Below are positions 11,504 to 23,275 of a stretch of DNA of 39,868 nucleotides, one piece after another (the first letter of the stretch is position 1; each line of letters starts with the position of its first letter). The notes beneath the pieces are model-generated. The model was given only the letters and a program-made list of their open reading frames with translations, had not been told where the DNA came from and made no database searches. The DNA is from Octopus sinensis. Lineage: Eukaryota. The DNA lies in contig NW_021835524.1 in NCBI RefSeq assembly GCF_006345805.1, positions 1 through 39,868 of the forward strand, read 5' to 3'. The position numbers and the translations under genes are program-made.

Positions 11504-12508
11504 CTCCCATACATCCCGTCCTATCACCCCTGTCTCCGACCCTTTTAAGTTTATTTATTTATTTGTTTTTCATTTTTTTTCCCCCATTCTTTTAAAAAAA
11601 ATTTTCTTGTTTCTTCTCCCACTCCTCTTTCCTCCTCCTCCTCCTCTACTATCTTTTGTATCTCCACTCCCTTTCCTAAAGACAAAAGGACTGGAGATTT
11701 AAAATAATAATAATAATAATAACAATAATGGTTGGATGAGGGGGGGGGGTAAAGAGAAATGTAGGGCAACGGTAGAATTGTCACTAGCAGAGCACTGGGC
11801 TGGATATGTCCTTGTTTAACACCCACCCGTCCACCCCCTCCACCACCATCACCTCTTACTATAGGGCGGTGGTAACCAATGACAACATCCGGGCAGTCTG
11901 ATTAAAGAACAAAGGGAATAAAACCCCTCCAAGACTACTCATTTTTTTTTTTTTTATTATTATTTCAAAAAAAAAAAAAGGATATGAAAAGGGTCCAGGA
12001 AGACATATTCACATATGTATTTAACGATGGAAAAAAAAGGAGAGAAAGGGGCCGAGGTAAAGGTGATACACTCTAGAGAATACTTCAGAAGTCTGGCTTA
12101 GGGTTGTGTATATTGTTAAGAAAATAGTTTAATAAACTTATTGCAAAGGAGAAGTGTGCGTGTGTGTGGTGTGTGTGTAATTGGCAGGTATCACTCTATG
12201 GAACAATGTAGGATATTTCCCTTGTGAGACATTTCCAAGAGAAATACTTCTATGACTAATTATTATCAATAAAGCTAAGTAACTAGGAAGTGTGGTGATG
12301 ATGATGATGACGATGACAGCAGTGATGGCCGTGGTCGTGATAATGATGGCGATGGTCGAGGTTCATTATTTTTTTTCTCCCTTTTTTTTTTTTTGTATCT
12401 ATCTGCAGAAATTCAGAAATGTGCACACACTTTCTCACATACACGTATCCAGTGAGTATGTGTGTCTGTCTCTCTTTGTGTGTGTGTGTATGTATATATA
12501 TATATAAC

Positions 12509-12718
12509 GGGAAGCTTTATGAAAATAAACAAAAGACGAAGGCAGGTGGAAAACAAACGAACAATTGTATTAGTATGGCGCTCAGGAAATATAAATAAAA
12601 CAAGTCTTTAACGTTTCGAGCCTACGCTCTTCAACAGAAAGATACACAGAGAGAGGAAAACACAGAAAGAAGGAGAGAAAAAAAATGTGTGCAGTAGCTA
12701 ACGAATCAACATGGCGAT
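12509..12718 (-). mobile_element. Penelope-like terminal repeat (pLTR), left arm of an inverted pair
   Basis: Reverse complement of 12856-13041 over ~200 bp. Flanked by (TA)n and contains a hammerhead-like motif. Confidence 0.65.
12605..12642 (-). ncRNA. Minimal type-I hammerhead ribozyme-like motif
   Basis: Minus strand reads TCTTT-CTGTTGA-A-GAGC-GTAG-GCTC-GAAAC-GT-T-AAAGA. Stem I UCUUU/AAAGA, stem II GAGC/GCUC, palindromic ACGU stem III, GUU triplet. The core differs from CUGANGA at A6. Confidence 0.6.
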
Positions 12719-12855
12719 CTGATATATATACACACACACACACAGTGTATGTATATACGCATACATATATATGTATGTGTATATACATACACACTCACAA
12801 ATATGCAAATACTTCCATTCATTATATAGACGTGTGTATATATATATATATATAT

Positions 12856-13038
12856 ATCGCCATGATAGATCGTTAGACACTACACACATTTTTTTTCTCT
12901 ACTTGTTTTTTTCTGTGTCCCTTTCTGTAGAAGAGCGTAGGCTCGAAACATAAAAGACTTTTGTATTCCTGAGCGTTATACTAATACATCTGTTTGTTTT
13001 GTACACCACCTGTCTTCGTCTTTTTTTCTGTAAACTCT

Positions 13039-13041
<3 letters not shown>
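12856..13041 (+). mobile_element. Penelope-like terminal repeat (pLTR), right arm of an inverted pair
   Basis: Inverted homolog of 12509-12718, ending CTCTCCC+(TA)n. Confidence 0.65.
12921..12956 (+). ncRNA. Minimal type-I hammerhead ribozyme-like motif (stem III mutated)
   Basis: CTTT-CTGTAGA-A-GAGC-GTAG-GCTC-GAAAC-AT-A-AAAG. ACGU has become ACAU, consistent with CpG decay. Confidence 0.5.
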
Positions 13042-13079
<38 letters not shown>

Positions 13080-13080
<1 letters not shown>

Positions 13081-13410
13081 CTAAGATAAGTTAAATTGTC
13101 TGAAGTCGTAAGACACCCACTGTTTTTGTCCTGTTATTACTATTATTATTTTTTGTATTTATATTCGTGTGGCATCGTCCGTTTTTCTGTCCTTGTTTCG
13201 TATACATTCGATCCTTTTTCCAAGAAATCTAATGTTCGGAGCTTAGTTTTTCCTTGGGGCTGGCCGGATCGGAGCGACATCAGGATAAATCAGCCGAAAT
13301 CTGTTAGGACGATCCGGTTCCTGACTGAAGATTAGAGGCTTCGAATGACCCGTCCTTTTTTTGTGTCGTCTCTTTGTGTATTTTGCGTTCTTGTCCCATT
13401 TTGTATTTTT
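13080..13410. mobile_element. TA-flanked dispersed repeat, possibly the terminal repeat of another Penelope-like family
   Basis: Bounded by (TA)n on both sides. Its reverse complement aligns with 23747-23957 and 5058-5194. Internal IR CCGGATCG...CGATCCGG. Confidence 0.55.
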
Positions 13411-13423
13411 ATATATAATTTTT

Positions 13424-13458
<35 letters not shown>

Positions 13459-14302
13459 GCCAGAGAGAAAGAGATAAGTAGACTGACACTGTTTATAGTT
13501 CTATGGTTACTGTAAGTCACACAAATTATATTTGGATGTTTTGTCAATAAATGGAATGGTGGTATCTGTGATTAGTTGTTGAAGTAGAAGAATTTACATG
13601 TTGAAAGTATTTGCCAAAGACTTGTACGATTGGTTTTGCTTTTTTACCGTATTAGTGGATGAATCTGATTAGAATTTACCAAAATGCTCTCCGCTTTGTA
13701 CCAAGATTAAAAACAGTTGAGCTGTGAATTGAACCTGTCACGATAGGCCTGATATTATAATATCACGGCTGTGGAGATATGGCAGAACTGATTGTCTGAG
13801 ACCAGCAGGACAACCGAAGGGATGTAGGGGCGGGGAGCAGGAGGTAATAAAGTTGTTTGTAAGCAATATTGATGGTTTAGCATTTCGTTGTGTGTTCTTA
13901 GAATGGTTTGTAGTTGAATAATAATAAGAAGAAGAAGAATAACGTATACGCGTTGTGTGTGTCTGTTTGCTCTAGAATTGTGTGTGTTGCGAAAGATATT
14001 GTTTACTTTGATAAATAATGCGACACACACACACACATACACACACAGACGTGCACACATGGACATATCACACACCCTCTCTCATACACGTATGCACACA
14101 TAAAATTGAGTTATTCACAGGACATTGCCATTACATGGAGAAAGAATTATAGAAGGGCAGTGGCAAGCTAGACTCCATTGTGGCTGAAAAGAGTTCACAG
14201 AACTCATTTGCATCCTGACTTCAAAAGGCTTTTTATTTATTTATTGTTTATATATTTTTATGTTTGTTTATATATGTGTATATATATATATGCGTATGTA
14301 TG

Positions 14303-14337
<35 letters not shown>

Positions 14338-15204
14338 TTATATATTTTAATGCAGTCTGTGATGATGATGGTGATGGTGTTTAGGTTTTTTTTTGGGGGG
14401 GGGGTTCTTGCTTTTTGGTTTTTTGGTTTTTTTTTTGTATGGCATTGAAACATGGCTGGTGCATAAAATAAGATTTTGTTACGTGAACCTGAAGGATCGG
14501 ATGTTTGGAAATTAAAATTATCAAGTGTTGTCTGCAGCAGAGCAGAATGAGAGGGTATGGTAATACGGAGATGATGTGTGGTGTGGAGGAAGAGAACGGG
14601 GTGGGGGTGGGGTGGACGAGAGGATATTAATGGTTTCGGTGAAGAACTGCTGCAAACATCTGACTGTTTGGGGTTTTTTTGTTTGTTTGTTTTTTGGGGG
14701 TTTTTTTTAGTGGCAGGACACAAGAAAAAGTGGTGTTGGCATCGTCTAATCATTCAGAAAAGTCTACAACTGAAAGTTATTTAGAAAGCTGACCATTCTA
14801 ATGAGAATTTGTCTAGAATTTTCTCGAGACATGATGTGGCAATAGGAAGGATTGAAACTGTAATCTTTATGATTACATAAGCCATATGTGTGTGTCTATG
14901 TAACTACTGATCCCTTCATCTATGAAAGAGGGCCTCAAATTTACTAAGATATTTGGTTGGATTGGAATGAAATCCAATACAAAAGTATTTGTTGGTGTCA
15001 CTGGAAACAAAATAAATTAAAAGTTACATTCAGTGTTGTTGTGTGAGCAGCTTACATCTTGGTTTGCGATGGTTTACTTCTGATAAAATATAGATATTGA
15101 TATTTGTCAGAAACGAGTAAATATTTGACATCAAAAGTGGATGCGACAGCAATGTGTTTGAGAAAGAGAAAGAGGGAAGCAAGAAGGGGTTATCATTTGA
15201 AGAA

Positions 15205-15417
15205 GTATGCTTATAAACCATGCTGACATGGTTTTGGTGGGATTGTCGGAGAGGTTAGCCAAAACATCTCTGTCCACAAACAAGCTGTCCTGCTACTGGG
15301 TGTCCGTCACATGTATGCTTATAAACCTGACATGGTTTTGGTGGGATTGTCGAAGCGGTTAGCCAAAACATCTCTGTCCACAAACAAGCTGTCCTGCTAC
15401 TTGGGTGTCCGTCACAT
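15205..15417. repeat. Tandem duplication, 108 + 105 bp
   Basis: GTATGCTTATAAACC...GTGTCCGTCACAT at 15205-15312 and 15313-15417 with a few differences. Confidence 0.95.
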
Positions 15418-15920
15418 GCAATGTGGAGTGCAGAGAGTAAGATGAGATCATTCGTTGCATCTGTCTCCGTCCCGAGTCATCTTGACCTGGTCTTGCTACT
15501 GAATTGAAGATGATCGCAGAGAAGAAAGTGTGCAGCTCTTCTCCTTCATTCTAAAAATGTCTCTGCACAAGTCATTAGCCATCCTCCACCCGGGATGGCT
15601 AAAATCGTTCACATCATTTCCAGTGGATTAACGTGATCCAGGATGAGTATTGTAGTTGTACACATCTTAATCTTTTATACAAATGTTACGTCTGTTATGT
15701 TACAGTGTAGTTTTTGAAGATGTTTATTCTTGTGGTACCATAAATATTGATACAGTGATGAGGGAGGGGGTGGCTTTTTTTTTTTTTAGTTATTCATTGT
15801 GTCAGTTGCTACTGCCAAACAACTAGGTTTACTGGGATGCAAACAAACCAGCACTGGTTATTAAAGACAGGCACACACATATAGATGGATGTTTCTATGT
15901 GTGTGTGTGTATGTATTCTT

Positions 15921-16052
15921 TATTCTTTTATTTGTTTCAGTCATGTGACTGCGGCCATGCTGGAGCACTGCCTTTAGTTGAGCAAATCGACCCCAGGACT
16001 TATTCTTTGTTAGCCTAGTACTTGTATTTTATCGGTCACTCTTGCCGAACCG
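15921..16052 (-). mobile_element. 5'-truncated SINE family 1 (3' 130 bp)
   Basis: Matches the family 1 tail and stops after GCCGAACCG. Confidence 0.85.
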
Positions 16053-16277
16053 TGCATATGCACCACGTTTCGGTTGCGTTTTTCTAGTGGTGCTCCCATG
16101 TAAATACTGTCTCGGTACTGTTTCAGTGTTGCCGGTCTTGTGTTAGTCCCTGCACTCTCTTCACATCTCTGTTTTGATGTGCAAGTAAATTTTGGCGGTG
16201 AGGGTGGGAGTGGTGCCAGGCGTGGGGAGCGGCGGGGGGAGAATATGATGTCAGATGGAGAAACCGAGTGAAAGTGG

Positions 16278-16307
16278 CTAATTGGTAAGGTCACAGGAAG
16301 TGACCTT
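16278..16307. promoter_or_regulatory. Candidate composite element: ATTGG + AGGTCA-n7-TGACCT enclosing CAGGAAG
   Basis: CTAATTGGTAAGGTCACAGGAAGTGACCTT, with 8-bp perfect arms at 16287-16294 and 16300-16307. Confidence 0.3.
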
Positions 16308-17507
16308 TTTTTTTTTTTCTTTTCACCACCATCACCAGCAGCAGCAGTAACAATCAGGTCATCAACTTTGTTTTTTTTCCTTTAAATTTGTCATTTTTGA
16401 TAGTAAGTAAATTTAGTGTTTTCAGTAAGGGTGTTTCCCTCAATTATGGCCTGCTGTTCAGAAACTGATAAGGGGGATATGCCCCTTCCCCACTACTTCA
16501 GAATAATAAAAAATAAAAAAATTTCTTTTTAATATTTTTTTTTTTAACAATTTTTTTTTAATTGAAAATATCTCTGATTAGTCATTTTGTTTCCATATAA
16601 TTTAATTTTATAATTTTTTTTATCCCCCCTCCCATATTTCTTCTCCTCCTCATTTTTAATTAACTCCCATCATTTTGTTATGGCAACCCTATCAAAGCTT
16701 GGCGGTAATTTTTAGGACCATTCCAGGCAGACTTTTTACACCCTTACAATCTCACAACGACTACTATGAAAGTCTTTTATAGCTTGACTTAATTGTTTGT
16801 TTTCTACAGTCTACTAATGACTTCACTAATTACCCCCACCACGACCACCACCACACATAGTCTCTTGCACCATTTACTTTTAGAATAAAAACCTGGAGGA
16901 GGAGGAGAACCATAATAATAAGTCGTACCCTCCGCCCTCTTAATCTTTAGTAGAGATTTTTCCTGTTTTTTTTTTTTACCATATTTTATTTAATTTAATT
17001 TTTTTTTTTTTTTTGTTATCATCTGAACCCCCCCCCCCCGGAATGTAAAACAAGTCTTTCCATAGTGAGAGGTCTAATGGAATTAATTTTAAATGGATGT
17101 CGGAGACAAGTCTATTTAAAAAAATCTCTCTTACAATTAACGACTAGTCACTTTTCTAAATGTGAATATAACCCTTCTCTCTATTTCTTTTGGAATCGGA
17201 TCTTTCTTCGTCTCAGTTGATTGATTGATTTGACTGACTGATTGATTGATTGGGTATTTTGTATCTTTGTGATTAGATTTTATTACATCACACACACACA
17301 TACACACACACTCTCTCTAATAGATGTGTGTAGAGTTCCAGCTGTTACTAACACCTGTATTGGTACCGTTTTAGCAGTTCAGCTGTTTTTGGTAATGTTT
17401 TGGGACACTTACCAATTCGGTACTGTTAATCATCAATGTTTATATTTATGTAATCCAGGTGGATTTGTCCAAACGAACCAAAAACAAGTTTATAAAGGAT
17501 ATTGTTT

Positions 17508-17731
17508 TACCTTTTACTTGTTTCAGTTTTTAGACTGTGGCCATGCTGGGGCACCTCCTTGAAGAATTTTTAGTTGAAGGAATCGGCCCCGGTATTTTTT
17601 TTTTTTTTTAACCTGGTACTTATTTTGTAAGTCTCTTTTGCCGAACTGCTAAGTTACGGGGGATGTAAACACACCAACACCGGTTGTCAAATGGTGATGA
17701 GGGACAAGCAGACACATACATACGCACACAG
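17508..17731 (-). mobile_element. Diverged SINE family 1 subfamily, 3' half
   Basis: TTTTACTTGTTTCAGT...GCCATGCTGGGGCACC...GCCGAACTGCTAAGTTACGG...GGGACAAGCAGACAC. Confidence 0.75.
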
Positions 17732-18169
17732 ACTCTATGTGTGTGGAGATGTGAAAATAGGGTTGGTAGGATTTGAACTCACTTCATTAAGTTTCACAGC
17801 TAAATACTTGCACAGCATTTGTTTCTGTATATTTTCAAATGGTAGACTTCACAGCTTTTATAATAATCTTCTCTACTCTAGGCACAGGGCCCAAAATTTT
17901 TGGGGAAGGGACCAGTCGATTAGATCAACTCCTTGGCTTTCATCTGCTCAGTTTCAATAACAAAAAGGAACCCCTTAATTTTGGGGGCTTAAAATTTGGA
18001 AGAAAGGTTTTGTAAGGGATTATAATACTGTCCATGTATAAGAAAATCCCATATTTTTTTAACCTAATTTTTGACAAAAAAGGGTTCCTTGTGCATGTTA
18101 AAATATGGTAAAGGCCTACACCATCTCACTGTAATTGCTGGCCTTGTATCAAAGTTGGAATTATTTGGT

Positions 18170-18790
18170 GTGAAGCGGCGTAAATTTGGAGAGGCAGGAG
18201 GTGTTAGCCTTCCTTTATACCAAACTGGTAAATGAGGAAACTGAAAGAGGATGATACCCTGAAAGTGGGTGTTGAGTCATCTGAACTTAGTGAACAGCTG
18301 GTTAGTTCTATAATGCATCATGGCATTGTGGGTGCAGCAATGATATTTCTGTAGGTGTACTTGGGATGGTCCTGTTAGTGGAGTTTTGCACCGACTGCAC
18401 TCCGAAATAAAGTAGGTTATCGATAGAACAGCATCTGTGTTTAGGAAGGTTCATTGTGCCAATAATTTTAATAAACACATGCTCTGGTTCAGTAACACTT
18501 CGTTCTATTCACCAACTAGCTGTTCTATGGTTTGTTTAATGTGTTGATGGGACAATCAATCGGTTGTTAGTTCCTCCTGTCAGGGGCCTTTTGTCACTAT
18601 TTGTGACCACATCAATGATAAACTCTCACTGATCGGGGTCTGGTTTCAGTCTATCTCTAGATGCAGCAAGATTTGTTTCAATACATGTATCCACATCAAG
18701 AATCTTGCAAGCCAAATGCAAAAAACCAAGTAATTGTGTTGCCAATAGCTGCGTACAGTGTTTTGGTATTATTAGTGTCTCTGAGGTACT
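18170..18790 (-). pseudogene. Decayed Penelope-like GIY-YIG endonuclease coding remnant (tentative)
   Basis: Manual minus-strand translation gives ...KHRCCSIDNLLYF (NLLYF at 18418-18404), then a frameshift, ECSRCK (18402-18385), and later FLIYQFGI (18239-18216). The order resembles the PLE C.S.NLIY.I.CxxC...LI.QLGT motifs. Stops and frameshifts are present. Confidence 0.45.
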
Positions 18791-18910
18791 CTGAGAACAG
18801 CAAAATTTGTTTACTTAGGGCTTTCGTTTGTATCCCCACCCCCCAAAAAAATGGAATTTGGCTTCATTAACATGATACATGTACACTCATACTAACACTC
18901 AATGCAAAGG

Positions 18911-19119
18911 TGAATATCATGATTGTTGATATGTAAGGTGCACACCCTCCTCCTCATCTTCCCTACCCCCAGAAATCTCAAGAAACCCCAGGTCCTTCAT
19001 GCAAAGTTGGCCCTCTCATAATCTTTAATGCACTAAAAAGCTTTATTCCTGAATATGCAATCCTGGAACCGAGGTGCATCAAATAATCGTGTGCATCTCA
19101 TATACGGCATCAAATACGG
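18911..19119. mobile_element. Tc2/pogo-like MITE remnant
   Basis: Right end reverse-complements to CCGTATTTGATGCCGTATATGAGATGCAC, a CCGTATTT...GATGCAC TIR type. A partial left match TAAGGTGCAC lies at ~18934. Confidence 0.4.
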
Positions 19120-20188
19120 TGCGTTTGCCAGCCTCTTCGTCTATTTACAACAAAACTTAATTGAATCTGCAAGGGCCTTTATTTGTTCCCCCTCCCTCCC
19201 ACTTAAGTATGATGGAGAGAATTTGGAAATCCTGTGTGTGTGTGTGTGTGTGTGATTCTTAGGACAGCTTAATTAAGGAGTCCGTCTTCTGCTAAGTAAG
19301 AGGTTGACAGGTACATGAGCTCTTGGAGAATTTTTGCAGATCATTTCTAAGAATCGGTAACTCTGTCATTCTTCACTTTTCTGTCATGTTTTTTTTTTTC
19401 TTCCTCTGCTTTTTCTTGTTCTTGTGTTCATCATCTTACCGACAAACACTCACGCATACAAACCCCATAAACATATACACACACACACACACAAAGATCT
19501 TTCCTTTGCCCTCACCCCACCCATCCACCCACCTCACCATTCTTGCTATATTCCCTGTTTTCCTTTCACGTTTGCACATCGCCCCCCCCCCGTTCCTTAC
19601 ACCCATCACACCAATAATATTTTTCTTGTGAGAGTGGTGATGGCGGTGGTGAGTGGGCGGATGGCGGGGTGTTTTTTTTTTTAGAAATATCTTACATGCA
19701 CACATACACAAAGCACAACACCCGCCGCTACCACCACCACGACCATCACCACCACCACCACCTCTACCACTACTACCGACGCCATCTATAGCAATGTCAT
19801 TTCAAGTTCTATCATTTCTAAAATAAAACTGTTTACTTAAAAAATTTTTCAAAAGTGGGTGGAAGGTAAAAATGCCATGCTATTACTTCTTGCTTTGTTG
19901 TCAGTCGGAGATGGAGATAGAAACGATGATGATGATGATGATGATGGGAACGGCTGGCTGAGAGACGGGGGGAGGAAGGAGAGAACTTTTAAAATCCACC
20001 CCACCCACCCTCTCCTTTTATTTTATTTTACTCCATTTTATTAATTTTTTTTATTCGTTTTTTTTGGGGGGGGCTGCAATCTCCCCTCACCCCACCTTCC
20101 ACCCTTCTGCCTTTTCCCTTTTTCTTTCCTTTTAAGCCACCCCTACCCCTTGCTCGTCTTTTAACATCTATTTTTATTTCTTTAAACT

Positions 20189-20241
<53 letters not shown>

Positions 20242-21281
20242 ATATATATTTTTTCATTATCTTCAGTTCTTCTGTACTCTTCCTCTCCCCCCACCCCTTA
20301 CTCTCTTTTCCCTTTTATTTTCATTCAGGAAAAATATTTACTCCATTACTACTATTATTATTATTATCATTATTATTATTCTTTTCCCTCCTGTCTATTT
20401 TTACTCATTTTTTAATACTTTTTAAATATTCTATTTATCTATATATTTAAATTATTTGATATATATGCACCCACACACACATGTATGTATATGTATATAT
20501 ATTTGTGTATATATAAATACACACACACACACACACATACATATATATACATATATATATATTATATATATTTCTGTATCCTCTCTTTACTTTTCATCTT
20601 TCCATTTTTGTGTATTGAAGTCTCTCTATCTCTCTCTCTCTCTTTCTCACTCTCTATCCACCCACCCACCCCCTATCCCCAGACATTGTTTGTATCACTT
20701 TATCCACCATCCACTTTTTTTTTTTTTTATCCCCCACTCACCATTATCTTAAAATTGTGTTCCCTGCTGTTTGTGTGTGTCTGTGTGTCCCTCTAGTTGG
20801 CAAGTTGATGTAACTTTAAAAGCCTTCACTGTCTCATTTTCTCTCCACAGTGTTTACCAATTCTCCAGACTTTCTCCCTGCATCTGCACCGCCCCCCACT
20901 CACCTCTGTCCTCCTCCCAAAATTCCACTCCCCTCTCACTCTCTCTCTCTCTCTCTCTCGTTATGCCCCCATCCACCCCATCAACTCACCTGTTCCCTTC
21001 CTCGTCTCTTTTCCTCCACCCCACCTTCAATCCTCTGCCCCCCCCCCCCCGACCTCCACACCCTGTCTCACCACCACCACCACCACCACCGCCGCCACAC
21101 AAACTATTCTGAAATCCAAGGGATTTATTATACACTTAAAAATTATTCAACCCCTTTTTTTTTTATCCCCTTTCCTCTCTCTCCTCCTTTCAATTTTTAA
21201 AAACTGTTTTAAGGTAACATGGACGCACATGCCTGCACTTATATCTATACACACATATTCATGCATATATGTATACACACA

Positions 21282-21324
<43 letters not shown>

Positions 21325-21339
21325 CATATATAAATACAT

Positions 21340-21800
21340 ACAAACAAGCAAACATGTATAATGCACATATATGTGTGTGTAATGCATATATATGTATAAT
21401 GCACACATATATATATATATATAATGCATATATATATATATATAATGCATATATATTTGTATAATGCATATATATATGTATATGTGTGTGTATAATGCAT
21501 ATGTATATGTGTGTGTATAATGCATATATATTTGTATAATGCATATATATTTGTATAATGCATATATATGTGTAATGCATATATATATGTATAATGCATA
21601 TATATTTGTATAATGCATATATATATGTATATGTGTGTGTATAATGCATATATATATGTGTGTGTGTATAATGCTTATATGTGTGTGTGTGTGTGTGTGT
21701 ATAATGCATATATATATATATGTGTGTGTATAATGCATATATATATATATGTGTGTGTGTATAGTGCATATATATATATATGTGTGTGTATAATACATAA
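21340..21800. repeat. TA-derived minisatellite with a TATAATGCATAT core (~19 units of 18-32 nt)
   Basis: Repeated (A)TAATGCATATAT separated by variable TA/TG runs. Confidence 0.9.
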
Positions 21801-21822
21801 TACTATAGTAATATAAACTGAT

Positions 21823-21866
<44 letters not shown>

Positions 21867-22252
21867 TCCTAAACTTTGACAATGGTCCGTTTTTCTTTCT
21901 TCTCTCTCTGTTAATCTTTATTCCTTCAATTTAAGTATTTCCATTTTCTCTCTCTTTTATCTCCTCTAATCTTCTTCCTTTTTACTTTTCACCTTTTTTT
22001 TTCCCCCAGTATTTCTTTTTTTTGTTATATTTAGTTTATGCTTCGTTTTGGTGTCATTCTGTTTTTGTTTTTTGGGTTTTTTTTGCTTTTATTTTTTTTT
22101 TCGTATTTTTCAAAACTATATTTTATCCCCAGTTACTTTATTTCTGATCAAAGTACATCTCTTTCTCTCTCTCTTCCTCTTCATCCATCTCCCTTGGTCT
22201 ACCTCATTCTGTCATCCACCTTTCTGTCTCACTTTATCTCTTTTTCCCTTCT

Positions 22253-22291
<39 letters not shown>

Positions 22292-22624
22292 AATTCTAAT
22301 AAAACCTTTAAGTTTGTACATGATGTACACACACATGTATTTGCATGTCTGCATGTATATACACACGTCTATTAGCATGTATGCGTGTATATATATATAT
22401 ATTATATATATATATATATGTGTGTGCGTGCATTTCAGATGTCTTCGTCCTAACCTCCTACCACACCTCCTGTTCTCTCTTTCTCTCCTTCCCTGTCGCC
22501 ACCCACTCCCCCTTGCCTCCACCGCACTCTCTCTTCCCAACCGTTTACTTTATGTAAGACACTAAAGCAAAGAAAAATTGAATATCTCAAGTAAAAGCTA
22601 ATCTTTGTAAAATAAGCTTTGTGA

Positions 22625-22632
22625 AATTGCGA

Positions 22633-22669
<37 letters not shown>

Positions 22670-22755
22670 GTGTGTGTGTGTGTGTGTGTGTGTTTATTTG
22701 TTGGGGTGTTATTAAAATATATTCATACAAATTAATACATCATAAAGCGTGTGCT

Positions 22756-22803
<48 letters not shown>

Positions 22804-23275
22804 GTGTACTTAATGTGTATGTGTGTGCATATGTATTGATATCTGTATGTTTGTGTATATATGTATTGATGTGTGTGCATATGTATTAATATCTATGTGT
22901 GTATGTATATATTTATGTGCATGTATATATGCATGTATGTGTGTTTGTGTATGTGTAAATATATATATATATATTTGTGTGTATCTATGTATATATATAT
23001 ATGCAGGTATGTATATATGTATATATATATGCAGGTATGTATATATATATATATATATATATAAGGGTATGTGTATATATATATATATATATAAGGGTAT
23101 TTGTATATATATATGTGTGTATATATATATGTATGTATGTGTGTATATATGTGTCTATGTATGTGTGTGTATATATATGTATGTATGTGTGTATATGTCT
23201 ATGTATGTATGTGTGTGTGTATATATATATGGGTGTGTATATGTATGTTTGTGTATGTGCGCATGCATGCGCCTA
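22625..23275. repeat. Compound GA/TG/TA/TATG microsatellite field
   Basis: Directly visible low-complexity sequence. Source of several spurious Y/I/C/V-rich ORFs. Confidence 0.95.

Noticed and set aside
11858-11868. ACTATAGGGCG, resembling the end of a T7 promoter (vector contamination)
   Set aside because: Only 11 nt match, the upstream TAATACGACTC is absent, and no other vector sequence is seen.
13321-13347. CTGAAGA...GAAT as a canonical hammerhead
   Set aside because: It lacks GAAA, and stem II does not start after CUGANGA. Kept only as a speculative note within the 13080-13410 finding.
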